In this document: positions 30,589 to 39,699 of the stretch, one piece after another
How positions within the stretch are numbered: the first letter of the stretch is position 1
How the letters are laid out: each line of letters begins with the position of its first letter
From: Armatimonadota bacterium
GTDB taxonomy: Bacteria > Armatimonadota > SYMT01
Length of the DNA: 64,000 nt
NCBI GenBank assembly: GCA_046292385.1
Contig: JBKBRF010000003.1
Coordinates: forward strand, 242,231-306,230
Direction of reading: 5' to 3'
Translations under genes and position numbers: made by a program
The notes under the pieces: model-generated
Databases searched by the model: none
What the model saw: the letters and a program-made list of their open reading frames with translations, nothing else
What the model was told of the DNA's origin: nothing

Positions 30589-30891
30589 ATGCCCGAAGAA
30601 GTGATGGTGGTGGCGACCGTAGCGATCCTCTGCGGCACCGGTACGCTCTGCTTTGTCATCCACTCGATCAAGAGCGCCATCGTCGCGAGGAGCCGGGGGC
30701 AGAACGACGACGCGGTCCTCCAGGAGCTGCGGGAGCTGCGGGCGGAGATCGGGGCGTTGCGGCAGCAGAATAACGACGTCGTGCTGACTCTGGACAGCAG
30801 CCTCGACCGGATCGACCGCCGGGTCTCGCACCTGGAGACGCGCTCCCGCACCGCCGAGCCGGAGCGTCAGCAGGTCGGACTCGGCCGGTAA
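30589..30891 (+). CDS. Small single-TM coiled-coil protein, paralogue 3 of 3
   Basis: QQNNDVVLTLDSSLDRIDRRVSHLETR...ERQQVGLGR. Confidence 0.85.
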   Translation: MPEEVMVVATVAILCGTGTLCFVIHSIKSAIVARSRGQNDDAVLQELRELRAEIGALRQQNNDVVLTLDSSLDRIDRRVSHLETRSRTAEPERQQVGLGR

Positions 30892-30921
30892 GCGGCGCGG
30901 GCGCACTCGGAGGGAGGATCG

Positions 30922-32088
30922 ATGGCACGTCAGGTTCTGATCGCTCTGGCCGCCGCGACGCTCGGCCTCGGGCTCCCCGCCGCCGCGCTCTCTCCGGCGC
31001 CCGGAGCTATCTCGTCCAGTGAGCGCCTGAGCCGGATCATTCCCCCGGGGATGTCGCTCTCGGGGCGCGGGGCCGAGCAGACGCTCCGCGCCAACCGGGT
31101 GGCCGCACTGCTGAACGCGAACCGGCACACCCCGGAGACGCAGGCCGCCGCCCGCCAGTTTCTCGAGCGGTTTGTCGAGAACCGTCAGCCGCTGGAGTAC
31201 CATGCCGCGGCGGGAATGGCTGTGCTCGTGCTGGGCGAGGCGTCCCGGAGCCGCGCTCTGACGCCGGACGAGCTGCAGGTGCTTCGCCAGTTGAGCGGGC
31301 GCTTCACCACGGTCCAGGCGCTCGCCCGTCTACTCTGCTCGGACGCGGAGCTGCGCGGCCAGCCCGAGGCAGCCCGGCTGGAGAGTTTCGACCGGCTGCT
31401 GGCCCGGGAGGGGGTATGCAGTCAACACGCGTTCCTGGTACTGAACGGCGGGAGTGCTCCGCAGGCGCTGCAGCGGTACTGGGAAGGCGGGCCTCGCTTC
31501 CAAGCGACCGGGCGCCCCGCCTACGAGGGGATCGCGCTTCAGCACTACTACTGCTTCCGAGGCATGAAATTCCCCAGCACCGGGGATGAGATCGCCTTTC
31601 TCTGGAGCCAGATCGAGGCGTACTACCGGCGCCTGGCAGCGGAGCCTCGAGGGCCGCGCCGGGGACAGGCGCTCCGCGAGGAAGCGCGGGCAGCCACGGC
31701 TCGCCTGATCGAGATCGGGGAGCCGGTGGTGCGCTTTCTTCTCTCCGATCCGCGGAGGCTGCGCGGACTGGCCGATCCGGAGGACATCCGCAGCGCAAGC
31801 GGGGAGCAGTTCGAGTTGTGGATCGTGAAGGCGTTGCCGCGGAAGGAGTTCGCTCCCGTCCTGCGGGAACTGGCAGCGTGCGACCTTCCATCGGTGCGGC
31901 GTGCGGCACTCGACGCTCTCGAGCGGATCGACGCCGGCAATCCGTCCCCGTACGGAGCGCACTACGTATTTAGCTTCGGCCGTCCATCCGGACTCTGCGG
32001 CAGACTCGGTCCGCAGTGGTCACCAGGCGGCGGACGAGGGTTGGCTTCCGCCCGGGCTCTCTCCCTGACATGCTCATCGACGACCTGA
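30922..32088 (+). CDS. Exported hypothetical protein (helical, possible HEAT-like C-terminal repeat)
   Basis: GGAGG RBS and signal peptide; VRRAALDALERI segment. The 3' end overlaps the next gene. Confidence 0.65.
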   Translation: MARQVLIALAAATLGLGLPAAALSPAPGAISSSERLSRIIPPGMSLSGRGAEQTLRANRVAALLNANRHTPETQAAARQFLERFVENRQPLEYHAAAGMAVLVLGEASRSRALTPDELQVLRQLSGRFTTVQALARLLCSDAELRGQPEAARLESFDRLLAREGVCSQHAFLVLNGGSAPQALQRYWEGGPRFQATGRPAYEGIALQHYYCFRGMKFPSTGDEIAFLWSQIEAYYRRLAAEPRGPRRGQALREEARAATARLIEIGEPVVRFLLSDPRRLRGLADPEDIRSASGEQFELWIVKALPRKEFAPVLRELAACDLPSVRRAALDALERIDAGNPSPYGAHYVFSFGRPSGLCGRLGPQWSPGGGRGLASARALSLTCSSTT

Positions 32089-33692
32089 AGCTCCTCCAGG
32101 ACCGCCACGGCTACCTGCCGCTGGACGAGCTGCGCGCCTACTCCGACCGCACCAATACCCCGCTCTACCAGATCCAGGCGGTCGCCAGCTTCTACCCGCA
32201 CTTCCGCCTGGCGCCGCCGCCGCGCCGGGAGGTCCACGTCTGCATGGACCTGGCCTGCCACCTCCGCGGCTCCCAGGAGCTCTACGCGCGGCTGCTGGGC
32301 CTTGGGCTGCCGCCGGAAGAGCTGCAGGTCCACCCCTGCTCCTGCCTGGGGCAGTGCGACCGCGCCCCGAGCGTCTTCATCGACGACCGCCCCGTCCCCC
32401 ACGCCGCGTCGTACGAGCCCCGGGGGCTGGTGGAGATGCCGCCTTCAGTCCCGCGGGAGCCTCAGCGGGTGAATGTCGATCCGTATGACGGCCCCTCCGA
32501 CTACCGGGCGTGGCGGGAGCTCCACCGGGGCGACCGCTCCGCGGAGACGGTGATCGCCGCGCTGAAGGAGAGCGGGCTCCGCGGGATGGGCGGCGCGGGC
32601 TTCCCCACCGGCGTGAAGTGGGAGCTGGTGCGGAACGCGCCCGGCGGGGTGAAGTACCTCGTCTGCAACGCGGACGAGAGCGAGCCGGGCACCTTTAAGG
32701 ACCGGCACATCCTGGAGCACGCGCCGCACCTGGTGCTCGAAGGCATGCTGCTGGGGGCCGCCACGTCCGGCGCGGAGGAGGCGATCCTCTACCTCCGCCA
32801 CGAATACCCCGGCCCGCGGGAGGCGTTCGCCGCGGAGCTGGAGCGGGCGCAGGCCGCCGGGCTGCTGGAAGGCGCGCCGCGGGTCCGGATCTTCGACAGC
32901 CCGGGCGGCTACATCTGCGGGGAGGAGACGGCGCTGCTGGAGGCGCTGGAGGGCAAGCGCGCGGAGCCCCGGAACAAGCCGCCGTTCCCCGGCACCCACG
33001 GTCTCTGGGGCCGGCCGACGCTGATCAACAACGTGGAGACGCTCGTTCTCGCCGGCGCGATCCTGATCCGCGGCGCCGACTGGTACCGGTCGCAGGGCAA
33101 GAACGGTGGGGTCGGCCCCAAGTTCCTGGGGATCAGCGGCGACGTCCAGCGGCCCGGCGTCTACGAGGTCGCGCTCGGCGCCACGCTGCGGGAGCTGATC
33201 GAGGAGTACGGCGGCGGGATGCTGCCCGGCCAGGAGCTGTACGCGATCTCTCCCGGCGGCGCCTCCTCCGGGTTCCTGCCGCCCTCGCTAGCCGATACGC
33301 CGCTCGAGTTCAAGGCGCTGGCCCAGGTCGGGAGCATGCTCGGCTCCGGGGCGCTGGTCGCGATCGGGACTGGACGCTGCATCCTCGACCTGGCGCTCAA
33401 TTTCGTCCGCTTCTTCAAGAACGAGAGCTGCGGCAAGTGCGTGCCGTGCCGCGTGGGGACGGAGAAGCTGGTCGCCATGCTGGAAGGCTGGCGCGCCGGC
33501 CGCGGGAGTGAGGCCGACCTCGCGCTGCTGGAAGAGCTGGCCCCCGCGATGGCCGACGCCTCGATCTGCGGCCTGGGCCAGATCGCCCCCGCGCCGATCG
33601 TCTCCGCCCTCAAGCACTGGCCGGACGAGATCCGGGCCCACGTGCGGGAGGGACGCTGCCCGGCGGGCGTGTGCCCTGTAGGCCGAACCTGA
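32016..33692 (+). CDS. NuoE-NuoF fused flavoprotein (NADH-oxidising module)
   Basis: N-terminal 2Fe-2S ligands C....C...C.G.C..AP; SGLRG.GGAGFPTG.KW, CNADESEPGTFKDR, YICGEETALL, ESCGKCVPCR.G, S.CGLG. Start may be 32016 or 32070. Confidence 0.9.
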   Translation: MVTRRRTRVGFRPGSLPDMLIDDLKLLQDRHGYLPLDELRAYSDRTNTPLYQIQAVASFYPHFRLAPPPRREVHVCMDLACHLRGSQELYARLLGLGLPPEELQVHPCSCLGQCDRAPSVFIDDRPVPHAASYEPRGLVEMPPSVPREPQRVNVDPYDGPSDYRAWRELHRGDRSAETVIAALKESGLRGMGGAGFPTGVKWELVRNAPGGVKYLVCNADESEPGTFKDRHILEHAPHLVLEGMLLGAATSGAEEAILYLRHEYPGPREAFAAELERAQAAGLLEGAPRVRIFDSPGGYICGEETALLEALEGKRAEPRNKPPFPGTHGLWGRPTLINNVETLVLAGAILIRGADWYRSQGKNGGVGPKFLGISGDVQRPGVYEVALGATLRELIEEYGGGMLPGQELYAISPGGASSGFLPPSLADTPLEFKALAQVGSMLGSGALVAIGTGRCILDLALNFVRFFKNESCGKCVPCRVGTEKLVAMLEGWRAGRGSEADLALLEELAPAMADASICGLGQIAPAPIVSALKHWPDEIRAHVREGRCPAGVCPVGRT

Positions 33693-33695
33693 AGA

Positions 33696-33740
33696 GGTGT
33701 AACAAAGGAGATCTGGGGATGAATTGGGGATGAGGGGATG
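33696..33740. repeat. Solo copy of the right end of the 52137-52342 MITE-like element
   Basis: 41/45 identical to the reverse complement of 52297-52341. Confidence 0.75.
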
Positions 33741-33902
33741 GGCAGTCAATCGCGCTCAGACTCCTACTCTTTCTCCTTCTCATTCTCTTTCTCCGAAGGC
33801 CCGCCGCAAACGAGTAGCTCTCCGGGCAAGCGCATGGCTCTACCCTGGGCGTCTGCGGTCGATCCGGCTGCGGGCGGGCCGCTGCCCCGCCGGAGTCTGC
33901 CT

Positions 33903-33976
33903 TAAAGTCAAAAGGCTAAAGGCTAAAGGTTAAAGGCTAAAGACCGAACCATCCGTGGGCGGGAGAGAGCTGCTCC
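33903..33976 (+). repeat. (AAAGGCT)n tract plus CCGAACCATCCG hairpin element
   Basis: Closely matches the reverse complement of 23814-23860. Confidence 0.8.
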
Positions 33977-34042
33977 TGGCGTCCGCCGCGACCCGTCCCA
34001 CAGACCTACACGCTACCCGCTAAACGCTACACCCTTCCCCGG

Positions 34043-35674
34043 ATGCGCCGATTACTGCCAATCCTCTCGGGAACGCTGCTGCTTCTGGCAGCCTGGAGCG
34101 GCACCGCAGACGCGCCGGGGTACGACCTGGTGGTCCGCGGCGGGCGGGTGGTGGACGGGACGGGGAACCCGGCGTTCTTTGGCGACGTGGCGGTCAAGGA
34201 CGGGCACATCGCTGAAGTGGGCGCCGTGCCGGGGCGGGGGCGGGAAGAGGTCGACGTCGACGGGCAGGTGGTGGCGCCCGGGTTCATCGACGTCCACACC
34301 CACGCGGAGAACGTGGAGTCGCTGCCGCTGGCGGAGAGCTTCGTCCGCATGGGCGTCACCAGCGTGGTGACCGGCAACTGCGGCGGCTCGAAGCTGGATG
34401 TCGCCGCCTTCTTCCGGTCGCTGGAGCAGAAGCCGGCTTCGATCAATGTCGCCACGCTGGTCGGGCACAATACCGTGCGCGAGGAAGCGATGGGCGGCTC
34501 GTTCGACCGCCCGCCGACGGCGGACGAGCTGGCGCACATGCAGGGGCTGGTCTGGGGCGCGATGGCGGACGGGGCGGTCGGGCTCTCCACCGGGCTGATC
34601 TACCTCCCGGGCACCTTCTCGAAGACCGAGGAGATCATCGCGCTGGCGAAGGTCGCCTCGGTCCACGACGGCATCTACGCCAGCCACATTCGCAATGAGG
34701 GGAACGGCATCCGGACCGCGCTGGACGAGCTGTTCCAGGTGGCGCGGGAGGCGCGGATCCGCGCGCAGGTGTCGCACCTCAAGCTCGGCGGGAAGGCGGC
34801 CTGGGGCCGCGCCGAAGAGGTGCTGGGGGCGATTGAGCGCGCCCGCGCGGACGGGCTCGACGTCACCCAGGACCAGTATGTCTACACCGCCTCCAGCACC
34901 GGGATCAGCCAGATGATCCCCTCCGAGGCGCGCGAGGGCAGCCGGGAGCAGTTCCTCGCCCGGATCGCCGATCCGGCGCAGAAGGCGAAGATTGCCGCGC
35001 AGATGCGGGAGAGCCTGCGGGCGCGGGGCCAGGAGAGCTACGACTACGCCGTCATCGCCAGCTACCGGGCCGATCCGTCGCTGAACGGGAAGAACCTGGT
35101 GGAGGCGGCGCGGCTCAAGCGCGGCTCCGACAGCCTGGCGGACCAGATCGAGCTGATCCTGGAGATCCAGGCGAACGGCGGCGCCTCCGGCGTGTTCCAC
35201 GGCATGAGCGAGGCGGACCTCACCACCTTCCTGCGGCACCCGAACACGATGGTCGCGGCCGACAGTGGGGTCCGCCGCTTCGGGGAGGGCGTGCCGCACC
35301 CGCGCGGCTACGGCAACAACGCCCGCGTGCTGGCGCGGTACGTCCGGGAGCAGAAGGTGCTGCGGCTGGAAGACGCCGTGCGGAAGATGACCTCCCTTCC
35401 CGCCGGCACGTTCCGGCTGCGCGACCGCGGCCTGCTGCGGCCGGGTGCCCGGGCGGACCTGGTAGTCTTCGACCCCGCCCGGGTCCAGGACCGCGCCACC
35501 TACCAGGCGCCGCACGCCTACCCGGACGGCATCCCCTACGTCTGGGTGAACGGGGTGGCGGTGGTCCGCCGCGGCGAGCACACCGGCGCCCGCCCGGGAA
35601 TGCCGCTCCGCCATGCTGAGAAAAAGCTGCCGGAGACGCTATCCCGGCGTCTCTCTCCACGCTCTAACGAGTAG
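34043..35674 (+). CDS. Exported N-acyl-D-amino-acid deacylase (amidohydrolase family)
   Basis: VVDGTG.P, APGFID.HTH, GVT.VV.GNCG, GLSTGL.Y.PG, H.R.E, PHPR.YG, G..ADLVVFD. Confidence 0.92.
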   Translation: MRRLLPILSGTLLLLAAWSGTADAPGYDLVVRGGRVVDGTGNPAFFGDVAVKDGHIAEVGAVPGRGREEVDVDGQVVAPGFIDVHTHAENVESLPLAESFVRMGVTSVVTGNCGGSKLDVAAFFRSLEQKPASINVATLVGHNTVREEAMGGSFDRPPTADELAHMQGLVWGAMADGAVGLSTGLIYLPGTFSKTEEIIALAKVASVHDGIYASHIRNEGNGIRTALDELFQVAREARIRAQVSHLKLGGKAAWGRAEEVLGAIERARADGLDVTQDQYVYTASSTGISQMIPSEAREGSREQFLARIADPAQKAKIAAQMRESLRARGQESYDYAVIASYRADPSLNGKNLVEAARLKRGSDSLADQIELILEIQANGGASGVFHGMSEADLTTFLRHPNTMVAADSGVRRFGEGVPHPRGYGNNARVLARYVREQKVLRLEDAVRKMTSLPAGTFRLRDRGLLRPGARADLVVFDPARVQDRATYQAPHAYPDGIPYVWVNGVAVVRRGEHTGARPGMPLRHAEKKLPETLSRRLSPRSNE

Positions 35675-35770
35675 AACGCCCTCACGGATTAGCGGGGGCG
35701 ACTCGTATCTAAGGTGACCAGAAAACGAAATCAGTCATTGGTCATCACGCGGGCGAGAGGAGCGATGACG

Positions 35771-36865
35771 ATGTGGAGCCGAGATCGAGTGCGGTTGCTG
35801 GCGGTCGCGGGCGCGGCAGGCGCCGTGATGGCGTTCGCGGGGATCAGCGTGGGAGCCCAGGAGCCGGACGAGGCACGGCCTGCCGCGATCATGGCCGCGA
35901 CGCGGAGCGAGGTGATCGAGGGCGTGCTGAAGGCGCTGCACGAGGACTACGTCTTCCCGGAAGTGGCGGAGAAGATGGCGGCGGCGGTCCGGGAGAAGGC
36001 CGGCCGCAAGGAATACGATTCGCTCACGAGCGGAGAGGCGCTGGCGGAGCGGCTGACCGCCGACCTGCAGGCCGTCTCTCGGGATAAGCACCTCCGGGTC
36101 CGCTACAGCCCCTCGCCGATACCGCAGCCGGTGCGGCGGGAGCCGACCGCCGCAGACCGGGAGCGGATGCGGTTCGGGGGCCAGAAGATGAACGGCGCCT
36201 TCCGCAAGGTGGAGCGGATGGCGGGCAACGTCGGCTACCTCGACTTCCGGATCTTCATGTCGCCGGAGGTCGCCGCCGAGCCGGCCGCGTCGGCCATGAA
36301 CTTCCTGGCGAACACCGACGCGCTGATCATCGACCTCCGCCGCAACGGCGGCGGCGACCCGGCGATGGTGGCGCACCTCTGCAGCTACTTCTTCGATGAG
36401 AAGCCGATCCACCTGAACAGCCTCTACTGGCGCAAGGGCGACCGCACGGAGGAGTACTGGACGGTGAAGGATCTCGCCGGAAAGCGGTATCTGGACAAGC
36501 CGGTCTACGTGCTCACGAGCAACCGCACCTTCTCCGGCGCGGAAGAGTTTACCTACAACCTCAAGAACCTGAAGCGGGTGACGGTGGTGGGGGAGACGAC
36601 CGGCGGCGGCGCGCACCCCGGCGGCATGGTGCGGGTGAACGAGCACTTCGGCGTCTTCGTGCCCAGCGGCCGGGCGATCAACCCGATCACGAAGACGAAC
36701 TGGGAAGGCACCGGCGTGACTCCGCACGTGGAGGTCCCGGCCGACCAGGCACTGGAGAAGGCGCACGAGCTGGCGGTGAAGGAGGTGCTCGAGCGCACCA
36801 CCGACGAGGAAGTCCGGCAGAACGTCCGGTGGGAAGTGGAGCAGGCGAAGGCGGGGAGGTTCTGA
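35771..36865 (+). CDS. Exported S41-family peptidase (IRBP-like)
   Basis: Y VFPE, D.HL.V, GNVGYL, IIDLR.NGGG.P, TFSGAEEF.Y, VGETT.GGA, NWEG.GV.P. Confidence 0.92.
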   Translation: MWSRDRVRLLAVAGAAGAVMAFAGISVGAQEPDEARPAAIMAATRSEVIEGVLKALHEDYVFPEVAEKMAAAVREKAGRKEYDSLTSGEALAERLTADLQAVSRDKHLRVRYSPSPIPQPVRREPTAADRERMRFGGQKMNGAFRKVERMAGNVGYLDFRIFMSPEVAAEPAASAMNFLANTDALIIDLRRNGGGDPAMVAHLCSYFFDEKPIHLNSLYWRKGDRTEEYWTVKDLAGKRYLDKPVYVLTSNRTFSGAEEFTYNLKNLKRVTVVGETTGGGAHPGGMVRVNEHFGVFVPSGRAINPITKTNWEGTGVTPHVEVPADQALEKAHELAVKEVLERTTDEEVRQNVRWEVEQAKAGRF

Positions 36866-36866
36866 G

Positions 36867-38312
36867 ATGAAGGTGGTTTTCCTGACGGCGCTCGCCGCGG
36901 CCTGCCTGGCCGCGGTGGTCGCCTCGGCGGCGCCGGAGCCGCCGAAGATCCCGGAGACGCCGGCCGGAAAGCGGTTCGCGGAGCTCCTGAAGGCGCACGC
37001 CTCCGGCAAGCCGGAGGTAATCCGCGAGGCGCTGGAGCAGGCGAGCCCGGGGCTCCCGGAGGACCGGCTGCAGCGGCGGGTCGAGGTGATGCTGGCGTTC
37101 CGGGGGCAGGTCGGGGATGTCGACCTGCTCCGGATCCAGGCGGACGGCGAGCACTCGGTCACCGGCGACCTGCGCAGCCGGCTCACGGAGGAGACGCGGC
37201 GCGTGCGGATCGACGTGGAGCCGCAGCCGCCTCACGCCATCCGGACGATCATGCTGCAGCCGGTCGACGCGGAGCCGGGCGAGGCGCCGCGGGACTGGAG
37301 CGACGCGGAGCTGGAGCGGGAAGTCGGCGCCTTCGTGAAGCGCCTGGCCGACGCCGGCCGCTTCTCCGGCGCCGTGCTGGTGGCGAAGAACGGCAAGCCG
37401 CTCTACCGGGAGGCGTTCGGGCTGGCGAACCGCGCCTATCAGGTGCCGAACCGGCCGGACACCAAGTTCAACCTCGGCTCCATGAACAAGATGTTCACGG
37501 CGGTCGCCATCGGGCAGCTCGTGGAGCGGGGGAAGCTGAGGTTCGAGGATACGGTCGGCACGCACCTGCCGCAGTTCCCGAACAAGGACGTGCGGGAGAA
37601 GGTGACGATCCACCAGCTCCTGAGCCACACCTCCGGGATGGGGAGCTACTTCAACCAGGAGTTCATGGAGAGCTCGCGCGACCGGTTCCGCAGCGTGGCG
37701 GACTACGAGCCGCTCTACGCCTTCGAGAAGCTCCAGTTCGAGCCGGGGAAGGGCTGGGCCTACAGCAACTCCGGCTTCATGCTGCTCGGCGCGATCCTCG
37801 AGAAGGTGACCGGGCAGAGCTACTTCGACTACGTGCGGGAGAACATCTACCGCCCGGCCGGGATGACCAACACCGACGCCTACGAGATGGACTCCGACAC
37901 GCCGAACCTGGCCTACGGCTACACGAAGATGGGCCCCACCGGTCCCACGCAGGAGTGGCGGAACAACCTCTACCTGCACGTGATCAAGGGCGGCCCGGCG
38001 GGCGGCGGCTTCTCGACGGTCGACGACCTGCTCCAGTTCGGCGAGGCGCTGCGGAGCCACAAGCTGCTGAGCGCGGAGACGACGGAGCGGATGTTCCGGA
38101 AGCAGAGCGGCGACCAGCCTCAGCAGTACGGCTACGGCTTCCAGCTCGGCCGCAACCCCGGGGAGGTGGGCCACAGCGGCGGCTTCCCCGGCATCAGCAG
38201 CGAGCTGAACCTCTACCTCCGGAGCGGCTACACCGTGGCGGTGCTCTCCAACATCGACCAGGGCGCGCCGCCGGTGGTGGAGAAGCTGCGGAGGATGCTG
38301 AGCCGGCCGTAG
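36867..38312 (+). CDS. Exported serine hydrolase, beta-lactamase/D-peptidase family
   Basis: FNLGSMNK (SxxK), LL.HTSG, YSN, GHSGG; N-terminal accessory domain. Confidence 0.92.
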   Translation: MKVVFLTALAAACLAAVVASAAPEPPKIPETPAGKRFAELLKAHASGKPEVIREALEQASPGLPEDRLQRRVEVMLAFRGQVGDVDLLRIQADGEHSVTGDLRSRLTEETRRVRIDVEPQPPHAIRTIMLQPVDAEPGEAPRDWSDAELEREVGAFVKRLADAGRFSGAVLVAKNGKPLYREAFGLANRAYQVPNRPDTKFNLGSMNKMFTAVAIGQLVERGKLRFEDTVGTHLPQFPNKDVREKVTIHQLLSHTSGMGSYFNQEFMESSRDRFRSVADYEPLYAFEKLQFEPGKGWAYSNSGFMLLGAILEKVTGQSYFDYVRENIYRPAGMTNTDAYEMDSDTPNLAYGYTKMGPTGPTQEWRNNLYLHVIKGGPAGGGFSTVDDLLQFGEALRSHKLLSAETTERMFRKQSGDQPQQYGYGFQLGRNPGEVGHSGGFPGISSELNLYLRSGYTVAVLSNIDQGAPPVVEKLRRMLSRP

Positions 38313-38585
38313 GTTGACTGAGTGGGAGAGTGGGAGAGTGCGGGAGTGGGGGAGTGGGGGACCCGGAGCGGGTTGTCCGGCCCCCGCTCTCTCTCTGCAT
38401 TGTGGCCCGCGGGTGGACTTCCGGGGCCCGGAGGTTGAGCGTGAAGAGACCGCGGGAGCGCCCCGCCCGCGAGCGATCACCCCGCCGCGGTGCCTTCTGC
38501 CATTTCTTTCAACTTGCCCGCTCGCAGGAGGTCAGGTAGGATTGGGGGTCTTTCATCTCTCAACTCCCATCCTCAAACTTGCAAA

Positions 38586-39692
38586 ATGGGCTCGGACGTT
38601 TATAACCTCAACATTGCGGCGGACACCGCCCTCCCCACCCCGCGCGAGGTGATGCGGCGGATGCCGCTCACGCCGGAGCTGCAGGAGCGCGTGGCCGGCC
38701 ACCGCCAGACCCTGCAGGCGATCCTGGACCGGCGCGATCCCCGGCTCTTTGTGGTGGTCGGCCCCTGCTCCATCCACGATCCCCACTCCGCCCTGGAGTA
38801 CGCGGAGCGCCTGCAGCGCCTGGCGGAGCAGGTGAGCGACACCCTGTTTCTGGTGATGCGAGTCTACTTCGAGAAGCCGCGCACCGTGAGCGGGTGGAAG
38901 GGGTTTATCAACGATCCGAACCTGGACGACTCGTTCCAGATCGAGGAAGGCTTCTTCCGCGCGCGGGACCTGCTGCTCCGGATCACCCAGATCGGCCTGC
39001 CGGTGGCGACCGAGGCGCTCGATCCGATCAACCCGCAGTACATCGGCGATCTGATCTCCTGGACCGCCATCGGCGCCCGAACCACCGAGTCGCAGACGCA
39101 CCGGGAGATGGCGAGCGGCCTCTCCACGCCGGTCGCCTTTAAGAATGGCACCGACGGCAACATCGAGGTGGCGATCAACGCGATCCGGTCGTCGTCTACC
39201 CCGCACCGCTTCCTGGGGATCAACCCGGACGGCCAGTGCTCCGTCTTCCACACCCGCGGCAATGCCTACGGGCACGTGGTGCTCCGCGGCGGGCGCAAGC
39301 CGAACTACGACGCCGCCAGCATCGCCGAGTGCGAGGCGCGGCTCCAGTCCGCCGGCCTGCCCCCGAACATCGTGGTCGACTGCAGCCACGGCAACTCCTC
39401 CAAAGACCCCTCCCGCCAGCCGCTCGTCTTCCGGGACTGCGTGCAGCAGGTCCGCGAGGGGAACCGCTCGATCCTCGGCCTGATGCTGGAGAGCCACCTG
39501 TTCGCCGGCCGGCAGGATATTCCGAAAGACCTCTCGGGACTCCGCTACGGCGTCTCCGTCACCGATGCCTGCATCGACTGGCCGACCACCGAGGAGCTGC
39601 TCCTCCAGGCCCGCGAGGAGCTGCGGCCGGTGATCCAGGAGCGCGGACGGGAAGAGCTGGGCCGCGAAGGACTGCTGACCCCCACGAGGTAG
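38586..39692 (+). CDS. aroG: 3-deoxy-7-phosphoheptulonate (DAHP) synthase, class I-alpha
   Basis: GPCSIHD, RVYFEKPRT..GWKG, AIGARTTESQ.HRE, VDCSHGNS, YG.S.TDACI. Candidate promoter TTGCCC-17-TAGGAT at 38514-38542. Feedback isoform not determinable. Confidence 0.93.
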   Translation: MGSDVYNLNIAADTALPTPREVMRRMPLTPELQERVAGHRQTLQAILDRRDPRLFVVVGPCSIHDPHSALEYAERLQRLAEQVSDTLFLVMRVYFEKPRTVSGWKGFINDPNLDDSFQIEEGFFRARDLLLRITQIGLPVATEALDPINPQYIGDLISWTAIGARTTESQTHREMASGLSTPVAFKNGTDGNIEVAINAIRSSSTPHRFLGINPDGQCSVFHTRGNAYGHVVLRGGRKPNYDAASIAECEARLQSAGLPPNIVVDCSHGNSSKDPSRQPLVFRDCVQQVREGNRSILGLMLESHLFAGRQDIPKDLSGLRYGVSVTDACIDWPTTEELLLQAREELRPVIQERGREELGREGLLTPTR

Positions 39693-39699
39693 AGCCCCG

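Noticed and set aside
29935..30891. Regularly spaced DNA repeats resembling a CRISPR-like array
   Set aside because: The repeats are the conserved coding cores of three paralogous genes. There are no cas genes and no spacer structure.
36867..38312. Beta-lactam resistance gene
   Set aside because: The SxxK/YxN/HxG motifs are shared by many esterases and D-peptidases; nothing specifically indicates AmpC.
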